Assembly: GCF_963921235.1 (NCBI RefSeq)
Contig: NC_086097.1
Coordinates: 11,780,001-11,844,000 of the forward strand
DNA from: Mobula hypostoma
Lineage: Eukaryota
Length of the DNA: 64,000 nucleotides
Reading direction: 5' to 3'
The notes below the pieces were generated by a model. That model made no database searches, had not been told where the DNA came from, and saw only the letters and a program-made list of their open reading frames with translations. Positions 25,700 through 38,730 of this stretch are shown one piece after another. The number at the start of each line of letters is the position of its first letter. Position 1 is the first letter of the stretch. A program made the translations under genes and the position numbers.

Positions 25700-28493
25700 A
25701 ACCAGCTGAGGTAGGTATCTTGTTTGGAACCAATGAACAGAGCTGGAGGGCAATGTCTTTATATTGACTGCGCCTAGATGACTGACATATAACTCATCCA
25801 ACACTTTAGCTCCCAGCTGGATGATAGAACAACATTCAATCCCCAGATAAGGCAAGCCCCTATCAGGGGCAAGTTCATCTTCGTGCTGGTAAAAATGGTG
25901 GAACTGGAATTTCTGCTGCACGTTACAGCCACCTCACACTAGAGTATCTGACATCACCATTTTCTTCAACCTTTGGATAGCCACCTCGTATGGCTTTATC
26001 CATTGCCATTTCTTTCGGATCTGTAGTAATGAGTTCAAGGGTTGGAGCACAGTAGCCAGGTTTGGCAGGAACCTGTTACAGTGATTGACAAATCCTAAAC
26101 AGGACCACAACTGTAATATGTCCTTTGGTTTTCGGGCATCCACCACTGCTTGAATTTTTTCAGCACAATTGTGCAATTCTTGTGTATCAATGGTGTGACT
26201 ACAGTAAGTGATGCTTGGTTTAAAGAACTCACACTTGCTACATCATGCTCTGAGTCCATAATCTTCTAATCTTTTTAATACTGTCTTGAGATTTTGGAGA
26301 TGTTCTTTGTTATCCTCACCAGTAACAATGATGTATGTCATCCAAGTAACACTGAGTGCTTGGGCAGCCTTGCAACACCAGGTTCATAGCTTTCTACAGA
26401 TGCTACTCCAAAAACAAGCATATTATAGTGATAAAGCCCTTTGTGAAATGCTAATGGTGAGAAACACTTTGGACTTTTCTTCCATCTCCATCTGTGGGTA
26501 GGCCTCAGTAGTCTACTTTGCTGAAAAGTTTCCTCCAGAAAAGTTTGTAAAACTATCCTCAATCTTGGACAAAGGGTATTGACCTACTTTCGGTACTAGG
26601 TTGATGGTGGCCTTAAGGTCACCACAGATCCTGTCAAATCATATCTTCTTGGCTACTGGGACCACTGGCACAGTCTATGGGCTCCACTCAACCTTGGAGA
26701 GAATTCCTTCAGGCTCCATACGATCTAGCTCACTGGCTATTTTATCACATATGGTATAAGGAACCAGACTGGCTTTGTAAAACTTGGGTGTAGCATTTTC
26801 TTTACCTCTATTTTATCCTTGTAATGTTAGATTTTAGTGCCATCCTTGAAGATTGCTGTGGCATCATTCAGTACCTTCCTTAATTCACTTTCATTTGACT
26901 GTTGCGGGGGATGAGGCATGCAAATGGTGTATGGATCTCCAATCACTGGAGATGATTGGGTGTACTTTTATCAGCCAATCACACCCCCACAATGCTGGCC
27001 CTCCTGTTTTTACCACACACAAGGCCAATGTGGCTTGTTGGTTGTTGTATTTCATTGATACGATTGTCATTCCTACAGCAGTTACCAGTTCTCCAGCATA
27101 AGTTCTTAGTTGGATATCTGCAGGCTTCAGTTCAGTATCATTGAAATGTCACACAAACTCACGACTGAAACATTTGTGTCCAAATCCATTTGAATTAAGT
27201 TGACATTCACTTCTGGCGTAGGGCATATTGCCTTCTGGCGTAGGCCATATTGCTTGTCTCCTGTTAGTTTTTATATTGTAAATCTTTAGGCTCCTGAGCC
27301 ACTCTCATCCTAATCAGATTTTTCCTCAACAGCATGCAGATTAGTGCTTTCTGAATCTGCAACTTGACTTTTTATCTTTTTTTCTTTCCTGTGAAATACA
27401 TTTATTTTTGTCTCCTTGACATGCTCTTTGTATGTGTCCTTTATTGTGGCATTTTCAGTAAGATTTGTCTTTAAACCTGCATTAGTCTGGTGTATGTGAC
27501 ACCTTGCCACAATGGTAGCACTTTTTGTTCAGTGAGGCCAGTTTCCATTTAGACGCCACAATTCTGTTTATGCTCACTGTCATTCCTGACTGCAACTGAA
27601 TAGAGTCTCCTGCATCCATTGATAAAGTGATTTCAACTGTTCTTTTAAATGTGAGTTGTGCTTCAGTTTGAAGTAAGTGTCGAACATTTTCTTGTAAGAT
27701 TCTACAAACTAAATGATTTCGCAGTGCATCAGTAAGCCCATCACTGAATGTGCAATGGTTGAACAATTTTTCAATTCAGCCACAATAGCTGAAATGGACT
27801 TCCTTTCCTTTTGATTCCACTTATGAAACCTAAGGTGTTCTGCAATTGTCAATGGTTTCAGCTCTAAATGTTCCTACATTACATTCATAATATCAGCAAA
27901 GCTTATTTCAGCTGGTTTGTTTGGAGCAGCTAATCTTCTAAACAAACTGTATGCTTTTCCATCCATTGCATTCAGCAAGACTCGCAATTGTTTTTTATCA
28001 GCTATTTCATTTGTTTCAGATGCTCCTTAATTTGTTCAGTATACATCATCCAGTTACCTGTTGTAGCCAGCCACTTGTGCTTTTTATTTATTATTATTGT
28101 TGTCACCTGGTACTCACTGTTTATGAACCCATAGCTGTACTTGTTGTTTGTTAATTTTGTCCATTTTCTGCTCTTTTTTAACTCGAACGTCTCTCTCCTC
28201 TTCTGAAGAAAAAGGTACTGTGCTTTAACAGCTAATTAGACATCTCAGATTAATTCTAAAACTTCCACTGTTATGTTTTGTAACTCCAGAAGCTAACTGA
28301 AAGAAAATCCCAGCAGTCGGGATATTTTGTCCAGTTAGTTTTTCTTTAGTGAGTTCTCAGGTTAGATGTGGTGACGTAATGACATTTGTCATTCATGTAT
28401 TTATGTATAACCCATAATGACTTATGTAAACAATAAGGAATGCTTAATCAAACAATATATTTACAATATTACTGAAATATTAAATACACTACA
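25700..28493 (-). mobile_element. Decayed Gypsy/Ty3 LTR retrotransposon: 5' LTR, gag, protease, RT, partial integrase
   Basis: gag (ORF 27482-27766: DALRNHLVC..CYHCGKVSH knuckle); protease MDLDT at ~27180-27200; RT (RICGDLK, TQCYLDD near 26340, ORF 25934-26176 LGFVNHCNRFLPNLATVLQPL); integrase N-terminus (ORF 25607-25921 KVLDELYVSHLG). Confidence 0.9.
28269..28493 (-). repeat. 5' LTR of the Gypsy element (~225 bp)
   Basis: Minus strand reads TGTAGTG...CATAACA, followed by gtgg (remnant of the primer-binding-site TGG) and then the gag leader. Confidence 0.7.
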
Positions 28494-29129
28494 CTGATTT
28501 CAGATTCTCCTTCCAGTTGACTACTCAAACAACCAAAGAATAACACATGTTATAATCCTAAAGATTACCTCCCTTTTTTTTAAAGATTAACTTTATTTGT
28601 CACATGCACATTAAGACATACAGTGAAATGCTTCCCTTGCGTCAGAATGTGCTGAGTGATGTTGCACCTCTGGTGCCAATATAGCATGCCCACAACTTGT
28701 GAACCCTAACCTAGATACCCTTGGAATTTGGCAGGAAGCTGCGACACTCAGAAGAATCCCACATGGTCTTAGAGTAGGCTTTTCTCCATGTATTCTGGTT
28801 TCCTCCCACAATCCAAAGACATGCATGTTGGCAGGTTAGTTGCCCCTCATATTTAAGTGAGTGCTGGGATCTGGAGGCAAGTGATGGGAATGTGCAGAGA
28901 ATAAAATGAGTTTAGGTAAAATTAATGCAAAAAGTGAATACTTGATGATCAGCAGAGACCTATGGGCTGAATCTCCTGTTTACATGCTGTATCTCTATGA
29001 CTATAAAGCAGGAATAATCCAGTTAGCTCACGTTGAATCAGAAGATTTATCTGGTCATTGACAGCTTGCCATCTGATTAAACTCTTCACTCCTTTTCCTG
29101 GTATAAAGGAAATTGCTTGTGACTATTGG

Positions 29130-29525
29130 AGGCTATTCATCTCAACCCCATTGTATCACTGCAAATTTCTGCAGGACCTATCATCTCCATCATCAATATT
29201 CCTTTGATCACTATCACCAGAAGTTTAGTTGTGCCAGTCAATTATAAATTGGCTACAAGAGCAAATCAGAGATTGAATACTCTATAGTAACCGACTCATT
29301 TCCTGACACCACAAGTCCTAGTCGACATCAACAAGGCCCAAGTCAGAAGCATATTGGAATGCTTGCTTCTTATCTGCTTAAGTACAGCTCCAATATTGAA
29401 GGAGTGCAATACCACCCAGGCAAAATAGCCCAATACAAAACACCTCATCAACCACTTCTAATGTTCACACCAGCTACCACCAGACCCCAGTGACAGGGTG
29501 ATGCACTGCATTTTGTCAATAGCAG
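29130..29525 (+). mobile_element. Old LINE RT C-terminal fragment of unresolved clade; same family on the minus strand at ~37990-38195 and 40274-40480
   Basis: Decayed coding similarity: LATRANQRL..THFLTPQ.L..INKAQVRSILE.. Confidence 0.5.
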
Positions 29526-29529
29526 TAAT

Positions 29530-29925
29530 GACACAAGTGATTTTGCAGATGCTGGAAATCTTGAGTAGCACACAAAAAACACTGGAAGAACTCAGCAGGT
29601 CAGGCAGCATCCATGGAGGGAAATGAACCGTCAATGCATTAGGCCGAGACGCTGTATTAGGACTGGAAAGAAAGAGAGAAGACGCCAGAATATGAAGGTG
29701 GGTGGAGGGAAAGGAGTACAAGTTGACAGGTGATCGGTGAAACTAGATGGGGGAAAGGTGGGTGAGTTGGGGAGGAGTGGTGAAGAAGAAGCTGACTGGT
29801 GGTAGTGGGAAATGGTACCGGGCTGAAGAAAGAGTTAAGGGAGGATAGAGGACCATGGAAGAAAGAAATGGTGGAGGGGCGAGTGTGGTTGAAGAATTGA
29901 AAAGCAGCAGGGAACAAAAAGGAGC
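29530..29925 (-). mobile_element. Penelope-like terminal repeat fragment
   Basis: ttgcagatgctggaaat..ctggaagaactcagcaggtcaggcagcatccatgg followed by the purine-rich UTR. Confidence 0.8.
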
Positions 29926-30269
29926 TCATGTAGATCCTCCCTCATTTCCCAAGGCCAATCAAGGATGGGCAATGAATATCAGAAAGTCCCACATCCCATT
30001 AATAACTATACTTAACTTTCGTGGTCATGCAGTGTAAGAGTCTCCACTACGTGTGAAAGAACTCTGCAGCAGAGGGTGTTCAGAGTTTCAGGACACAGAA
30101 TTCATAACTTTTTATTTTCTCTTTCACAAACACTTGGCCTGTTGGAAATAAAGATGAAGATTCCTGCATACTGGACCTGGTGATCCCTTTGTACCTCATA
30201 TACTCGGCTATAGTATTTATTTATTTAGTTATTTATTTTTAGAGACGCAGCATGGAACAAGCCCATGTG

Positions 30270-30852
30270 GCCTCCTGTATGTTGATGAGCCCCAGCGTAG
30301 ACTGGGAGACCATTTCACCGAGCACCTATGCTCTGTCCACCAGAGAAAGTGGGATCTCCCATTGACCGTGCATTTTAATTCCACTTCCCATTTTCATTCC
30401 GATATGTCAATCCATGGCTGCCTCTACTGTCACAATGAGCCCACACTCAGGTTGGAGGAACAACACTTTATATTTCATCTCCAACCTCCAACCTGATGGC
30501 ATGAACATCGATTTCTCGAACTTCAGGTAATGTCCCCTCCACCTCTCCTTCACCAGTCCCCATCCCCTTTTCCCTCTCTCACCTTATCTCCTTGCCGGCC
30601 CATCACCTCCCTCTGGTGCTCCCCCCCCTTTTCTTTCTTCCATGGCCTTCTATCCCCACCTATCAGATTCCCCCTTCTCCAGCCCTGTATCTCTTTCACG
30701 AATCAACTTCCCAGCTATTTACTTCATCCCTCCCTCTCCCGGTTTCACTTATCACCTTGCGTTTCTCTTTCCCCTCCCCCCACCTTTTAAATCTACTCAT
30801 TTTTTCGGGTGTTGCTTGGATTTCCAGCATCTGCAGATTCTCTCTTGTTTGT
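30270..30852 (+). mobile_element. Penelope-like 3' part (GIY-YIG end + UTR; ribozyme deleted)
   Basis: RRLGDHFTEHL..HFNSTSH.HSDMSIHG..LRLEEQHFIF; ends gatttccagcatctgcagattctctcttgttt. Confidence 0.85.
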
Positions 30853-31378
30853 GATGGAACAACCTCTTCTGGCCTAACAAGCAGCGCACCCAGCAATCCT
30901 CTGATTTAACCCTAGCGTAATAACAGTACTATTTACCTACTAATCAATGTATCTTTGGAATGTGGGAGGAAACTGGAGCATTTGGAGAAAATCCATGCGC
31001 TCAGGGGTATAAAGTACAAACTTCATACAGACCGTGCCGGAATTGAACTCCAAACTGCAATGCCAGAGCTGTAATAGCATTGTGTTATCCGCTACACAAC
31101 CGCGGCAGTGACGATGGTGAATTGGGTAGTGAGATGGAAGGATACTCGAAATCTTTGGAGACCTCTCCCCTTTGTTACTGTACACCATCACAACTCCACT
31201 CCTCAGCTCCTCCAGCTTATAGTCCAACAGATTTCAGCAGTCAATCAATTCCTGTCACAGGTACAATTGAGAGTGATGATGCAAATGAAATTTACAGAAG
31301 TGACTCACTTCTGATGCCTGCATGGTTGCAAAACACATCCATGTAAGCGGAATCTCTTGACTAATGTCCAGACACATA

Positions 31379-31445
31379 GAGTACTGTGCAAACATCATAG
31401 ACACATATATATGTCTAGGGTGTATAAGACTTTTGCATGGTACTG
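31379..31445. mobile_element. Tiny Tc1/mariner-type MITE
   Basis: TA-GAGTACTGTGCAAA...TTTGCATGGTACTG-TA: imperfect TIRs with TA on both sides. Confidence 0.55.
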
Positions 31446-33779
31446 TAGTAATTTTATGTATTGCATTGTACTGCTGCCGAGAAAAAAATAACTTCATGAC
31501 ATATGTGAGTGATAATAAACTTGACTCTGATATGGGTCTCTATTGTGGACTGAGAGTGGGAAGGGAGCAGGGAGAGGGGACTCATGATTGGGAAAAGGGG
31601 AAGGGAGAGGGGAGGGAGTGGGAAGCACCAGAGAGATGTTCTGTAATGACCAATAAACCAATTGTTTGGAATTAGATGACCTTGCCTGGTATTTCAGGGC
31701 TGGGTGTGCCTGCACCCATGCCACCCCCTCACACCTGGAACTCCTTCTCTGCCACCTGTCCCAAACCCCTGCACTCTCACAACTCCCAATATCCTGTTCT
31801 TCTGCCAGATTTACAAATTTGCTCTCTGCTCCTCATTGACAAATATAGCACTGTGCCTGAGCCTTCTGCATATTACTGTAAAGAGAAAGATCTCACAGGA
31901 AGTTCGATTAAGTTCTTGGGTAGAGTACCAAATATAAAAGCATTTTGCTGTTGTTTATTTGGACTTTCAGAAAGCCTTTGACAAGATGCCACACATGAGT
32001 CTGCTTAACAAGCTATGAGCCTATGGTGTTACAGGAAATATTCCAGCATGAATAGTAGATTGGCTGACTGGCAGGAGGCAAAGAATGGGAAATAGGGGAC
32101 CTTTTCTAGTTTGCAGCTGGTGATTAGTGTTGTGTTACAGGGGTTGATGTTGAGACTGCTTCTTTTCATGTTGTATGTCAATGATTTGGATGAAGGAATT
32201 GATAGGTTTATGGTCAAGGTTGTGAATGATGCGAAGATAGGTGGAGGGGCAGCCAGTGCTGAGGAAGCAAGGTGTTTGCAGAAGGACATAGACAGATTAG
32301 GAGAATGGGAAACAACGTGGCAGATAGAATGTAGTGTAAGTAAGTGCATGGCCATGCACTTTAGTAGAAGGAATAATGCCATGGACTATTTTCTAAATGA
32401 GGAGAAAATTCAAAAGTCAAAGGGACTTGGACATCCTCTTGCAGGATTCCCCAAAAGGTTAGCTTGCAGATTGAGTCGGTGGTAAGGAAGGCAATTGCAA
32501 AGTTAGCAGTCATTTTTAAAGGACTAGAACACACAAAGAAGAATGTAATGTGAGCTTCTATAAGTCATTGGTTGCACTGTGCTTGGAGTATTATGAGTAG
32601 TTTTGGGCCCCCTTGTGCTGGCATTCGAGAGGGCCCAGAGAAGGTTCACAAGAATTATCCCAGACATGAAAGGGTTAACATACAAGGACCATTTGATGGT
32701 TCTGGGCCTGTACTCACTGGAGAGTCGAAGAATGAGGAGGGTTCTCTTTGAATCCAATTGAATATTAAAAGGGTTAGATTGAGTGGATATGGCGAGAATG
32801 TTTCCTATAATGAGTGAGTCTAGGACCAAAGGACAGTGGCTCAAAATAGAGGGAACCTCATTTAGAACACAGATGAGGAAAAATTTCTTTAGCCAGAGGG
32901 TGGTGAATCTGTGGAATACGTTGCCACAGATGGCTGTGGAAGCCAATTCATTGGGTATATTTAAAGCGGAGGTTGATAGGATCTTGATTAATATGGGCGT
33001 CAAAGGTTACAGGAAGAAGACAGGAGAACTGGATTGAGAGGTGTCATAAATCAGCTATAATGGAATGGCAGAGAAGACTTGATGGTTTAAATAGCCTAAT
33101 TCTGCTCCTCTGTCTTATGGTCTTAACTGGACCTAGATGGTGTCCAGAAATATGAGGTGCATTTTGTTCTCTTAGGTAAGTGTTTACTTTTAATACTGAT
33201 ATGATCATTTCATTTTTCAAAAACTCCGAAACCTCATCCTCAACTATTCTGGTCCTGTATGTTCCTACTCTATCCTCAAATTCCCTTTCATTTCTGAAGC
33301 CAAAATTTGCCTGCCATCTCTGTGCCCATTTTTATTTTTGTAGTTTCATGTCTGAATTCCCATGTTGACACTTCTGCAACTGTCTGAGCCCAAATCAAAA
33401 TCCCAAATCGATGTCCTTGTGAGATAATCAATCGTGCATCTTCCTTCTTCACCTTCTCCAAAGACCTGGAGGACTTATTGGAACAGTTGACCAAATCATC
33501 CTTTCTCAATTTTGCATTATCCTAAACTTGGCCAACATTCCTCTCTCAAACAATATGCAGCAACATGCCGTGCCAAGCTGCTTATAGGATGCTGTAGATC
33601 AGATTATTTTGTAAGATAATATATGAGATCATTCAAGATGAGTATGATATTCTCCTAAGGGATTATTCCCTTAATGAAGAACACCTCCATGTGACTTTCT
33701 TTAATGAGATATGCTGATGCATAGGCAGCTATCTCACAGTTCTTGGTAGATCAATGTTATCATCTCCTGCCAGCTCCAC

Positions 33780-33946
33780 CATTGCGGTCTTGGTTGGAGT
33801 AATCTTTGCCTGGAACCTGCCCCTTGAACTTATCACCATCGGTGACCTTACCAGGAGCTAAGCACTGGATGACTATGCTCCAGATGGCATCACTCTCAGG
33901 ATCTCAGCCAACCACAATCCTCTCCACCACAGCAAGGTGATGATCC
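33780..33946 (-). mobile_element. RTE-type 5' UTR head fragment
   Basis: Minus strand ggatcatcaccttgctgtggtggagagg..gatcctgagag..ctcctggtaaggtcacc resembles RTE/Expander 5' ends. Confidence 0.55.
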
Positions 33947-36596
33947 TCAGAGAAGTTGGCAGCATAACCATTTAGGCAATACCTCAAAAGTTATTAAACG
34001 CAGAGAATAGCTTTAGCATCTGTACTAAGACATTGTCTGATGATGGAAACTTTCAAAATGGTAACTGTGATCTCATTTACCACAGAGACGAACAGGATTA
34101 CCGTAACAGAGGGAGCAAATCCTAGGAAAAATGCACCAATCGATCACTGGCAAATATCAAAGACTGATCTTTTAGCTATCAAAGATTGCTTTTATTTTTT
34201 CTATGACTTCATTTGCACACCTTGGTCCAGCTAGAAAGTAATCGACAGTATCTCTTTAATTGCAAATTAAGGCCAACCATTTGTATTTTCTAGACATTAC
34301 TTCAGAGGACCAGGAGCACCGAGACAAACCCATACATATGTTAAATTCTCATCAGTAATAAAGATTAAGTAGAAGTTAATGGCATCCAAGTCATGCTTGT
34401 GAAGTTAATCTCCTTTTGAAAATTTAAAATTAGATTTCAAGGATCGAAACAAACAGGGGGCGAGACTTTTTCGTAATATTTTAATCAAATTGTCATGACT
34501 GAGTGCATACAATTAAGAATCCTGTCAGTCACTATTACTGGCCCTTTTGTTTGTCAGCTGTTTGGAATGACGAAGAGAGGTATTGTGGCTAGTGATTAAA
34601 TTGTGACCTTTCTCAGCACCTGTTCCCTGACCCATGGGGTGGTGAAACCCATCAGATGGCCACTTATTTTGGCGGTGGTGAAGTGAGGAACAGAGAAGCA
34701 ATCAAGCCGGAGACACCCAAAAAATATACCACTTATATTACTCCTCGCAGTGGAGTTTAAGTTTTAACCAGGCTGTGTGGTATACATACTTTTCCCATTG
34801 ATGTTTTAAGCATCCATTACCCCAATCAAAAACAGGCCCATTCCATTTTCATTCGGCTCCTCATTAATCGTAATTCACCTCAAAGACTTTTTAACTAAAG
34901 ATCAAAAGCCTGCCGGCTGACATTATGCAGTTACCTGTTGTAAATATTTTTGAGGGGAAGCTAAAGGCAATCCAAGAGTTTATTGTTCATGCACTCATGT
35001 TAATCTTCAGAAGTGAATGGTAATCTCACTGCCAAGCAATGTTCTAATTCATTGCAGTGAAATTAAATTGATGATCACCGCGAGGAATTATAATGAGAGT
35101 TCACTATAGGCAAAGTAAAAATAATTACAGTCGTGAAATGTAAATTATATTCACTGAGTGAAAGTAGTTGCATTAGTGAAACTAACACTTTAATCACTGC
35201 AGTAAAAACAAAATTATTAACTGCAGAGAAATTGAAAAAAACTATTTATCTTTGCAAAATTAAAATGATTGCAGTGAAAAGAAAGTGACACACTAAATGA
35301 TTACTTTAATGGCTTGATCCATTGCATCCGTTCAAGAACACTGTTATGTCCAATCAGGATGCACTAATATTATTCTATTCATTTCTTACTCTTTCACTAG
35401 TGTAGGTGATCACTAAACAGCAAAAAGCTTTGACGTACTTTTAACACAGCTTCAAAAAGGCATTAACGCAGCCAGGTATCCATACCCGAGTAGTTCCAAA
35501 GTCCAAAGCAAATTTACTATCATCATATGCAACCCTTAGATTCATTTCCTTGCAGACGTTCACAGTAGACAGAAAGAAATACAATAGTGGATGAACATTA
35601 CAAAGCTGGACAAACAGCCAATATGCAAATAACAATAAACTGTGCAAATACAAAAAGAGAAAAAGAAATAATAATAATAGATAAATAGGCAAAAAGTATT
35701 GAGAATGCAAGTTGTAGAGTCCTTAAAAGTGAGTGCATAGGTTGTAGAAACTGTTGAGCTGAGTGATGTTATCCCCTTTGATTCAAGAGCCTGATGGTTG
35801 AGGGGTAATAACTGTTCCTGAACAAGATGGTGTGTGTCCTGAGGCTCCTGTTCCTCCTTCCTGATGGCACACACCCTCTGATAACACCCTGACTTAACCT
35901 TTTAAGTGGTAGGTAAATTATATTGCTGGTAGAGAGCTCATTGAATCAGTGGAAATTCAGCAACCTTGTCTGTACGTTTGACCAATTAGCTCCTTAGTTA
36001 CAAGCTCACTGCAGAGGTCAACCTTTTCAACCACATCCCCATCCTCTCTTCTCCCCCAGAGCGTCTGATGAAGTTTACTTCAACACTACAATAGAGTGAT
36101 CACTTCAACACAACTCATGATTTCCGAGGTGGATCCACAACGGATCCACTTTGATAAATGCAACTCAGAAGTGACAGGACAACATCCCATATACCATTGT
36201 TACAAGTTACATCAACTGCAATAACACCATTAATCTACAGTCCGTGACACTCAGGGTCGTGGGTTATATATATTTTTTGTGATTGTATGTTATACTGCTA
36301 TTGTAATTATCTGTGCTGTTACGTACTGTGTGCTGCGTGGGACTGTTGGTACTGAGTTTTGCATCTTGACCCTGGAGGAACGCTGTTTCATTTGGTTGTA
36401 TTCATATGTATGGTTGAATGACAATTGAACTTGAACTTGAAAAAGTCACTGAGTAACTTTGATTTCATCCAGAAGAGAGCAATATGTTTCTTTTGATGCC
36501 TCTGTCGCTAGATTCAATACCATGACTATGTACAGGGCAGGCTAAAACACTTACAACCTACAAAATACACAGCAACAACTTACTGAATAGATGTCA

Positions 36597-36782
36597 TAGA
36601 AACATAGAAACATAGAAAATAGGTGCAAGAGTAGGCCATTTGGCCCTTCGAGCCTGCACCGCCATTCAGTATGATCATGGCTGATCATCCAACTCAGAAA
36701 CCTGTACCTGCCTTCTCTTCATACCCCCTGATCCCTTTAGCCACAAGCGCCATATCTAACTCCCTCTTAAATCTAGCCAATA
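36597..36782 (-). mobile_element. Young CR1 extreme 3' fragment
   Basis: (ATAGAAAC)n tail on the plus strand and near identity to 11090-11262. Confidence 0.9.
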
Positions 36783-38730
36783 TAGTCATCTTCCTACTCT
36801 ACAACCTCTAATACTTAGGGAAGAAGAACAGTAATATTGTGGGAGCATCTTCACATTTCACTCTGTTTAGTTTAATGCTTTAAGATGCTGAATTAGATAG
36901 GACGAATAGAAGAGGCCAGTATGAAGAAGAAGAATGAAGGGAAATTACACAAAAAGAACTGGACACAGCCCAGTCCATCGCAGAAAAACCCTCCGCACCA
37001 CCGAGCACATGTACTGTACAAAGAGCAGTGCCACAAGAAAGCAGCATTGATCATCGAGCTCCTTCACTATCCAGGCCAAGCTCTCTTCTCACTGCTACCA
37101 CTGGGGAGGAGGTACAGGAGTCGTAGGCCCCACACGACCAGGTTCAGGAATGGTTATTGTCTAGCAACCATCAGCCTCCTGAACCAACATGAATAACTTC
37201 ACTTACCTCAACACAGAACTGATTCCATAATCTTTGATAAACACAAGATACTCTGCAAATGCTGGGGCAACACGCAGAACACACTGAGGAACTCAGTAGG
37301 TCGGGTAGCATCCGTGGAATCTATGGATTCACTTTCAAGGACTCTACAACTCAAGTTCTTAGTATTATTACTTACCTATTTATTATTATTATTAGTGTGT
37401 TTTTCTTCTGTTTGCACAGTTCGACTTCTTATTTATTTATTGAGATTTGGTGTGGAGTAGGCTCTTCCAGCCCTTTGAGGGGTGCCGTCAAGCAATCCAC
37501 TAATTTAATCCTAGCCTAATCACAGGGCAATTTACAATGACCAATTAACCTACCAAGTGGTACATCTTTGCAGTATGAGAGGAAAGCAGAGCACCCAGAG
37601 GAAACTCAGGCGGTCATGGAGAGAACGTACAAACTCCTTACAGACAGCAGCAGGAATTGTACCTGGTTCACTGGTACTGTAAAGCGCTGTGCTAACAACC
37701 ATGCTGCCATGCTACCTCAAATGTCTTCTTTGCACATTGGTGTGGATGCAGTCTTTGTACGTAGTTTTTCATTGATTTCATTGTATTTCTCTGCTCTAAT
37801 GTGATTACCTGCAAGAAAATATATCTCAAGGTCGTATCTATTGACATATACACACTTTGACAATCAATTTACTTGAACTTTGAGCTTTGAATTTTGGAAG
37901 TTTGAAGTCTTCTATTTATTTCATTGTTGTACACAGATCTGTCCCCATCCAGAACATTGATTAGGCTATGTGGGAATACTCAATAGGTAAATGTCTCTTG
38001 GAATATACCAATGATATATATTTTAAATTTAGTTTGTGATCTGGGCAAGGCCGTAATTGATTGCCCATTGCTTTTGAGAATGTGGTAATGAGCCATTTTC
38101 TTGAGTTGCTGCAGTCCTTCTGATGAAGCAGTCCCACAGTGCTGTTGGGAAGGGAGATCCAAGGTTTAGATCAGCCAACAATGAAGGAACCGCGATACAC
38201 TCAGTGGCCCCTTTAATGGACACCTCCTGTAACTAATAAAGTGGCTTCTGCATGCACGTTCATTGGCTATTGCTACTGTAACCCACCCACTTCAAGCTTC
38301 AATGTGTCATGCATTTACTGATCCTCTTCTCCAACACCACAGTTGTAATGCGTGGTTATTTGAGATATTGTCACCTTCCTGTCAGCTTGAACCAACCTGG
38401 CCATTCTCCTCTGACCTCTCTCATTATCAAGGCATTTTCACCCACCAAACTGCCACCTACAGGATGCTTTTTTTGTTTTTCACACTATTCTCTGTAAACT
38501 CTGGATATGAGTGTGAAATCCATGGAAATCAGTAGTTTCTGAGATACTTACCACCCCGTCTGGCACCAATAATCATTCCACGGTCAGAGTCACCTAGATC
38601 ACATTTCTTCCCCTTTCTGACATTTACTCTGAACAACAGCTGAACCTCTTGACCATGCTTGCCTGCTTTTATGCATTGAGTTGCTGCCACTGGATCGACT
38701 GGATATTTGCATTAATGACCAGGTGTACAG

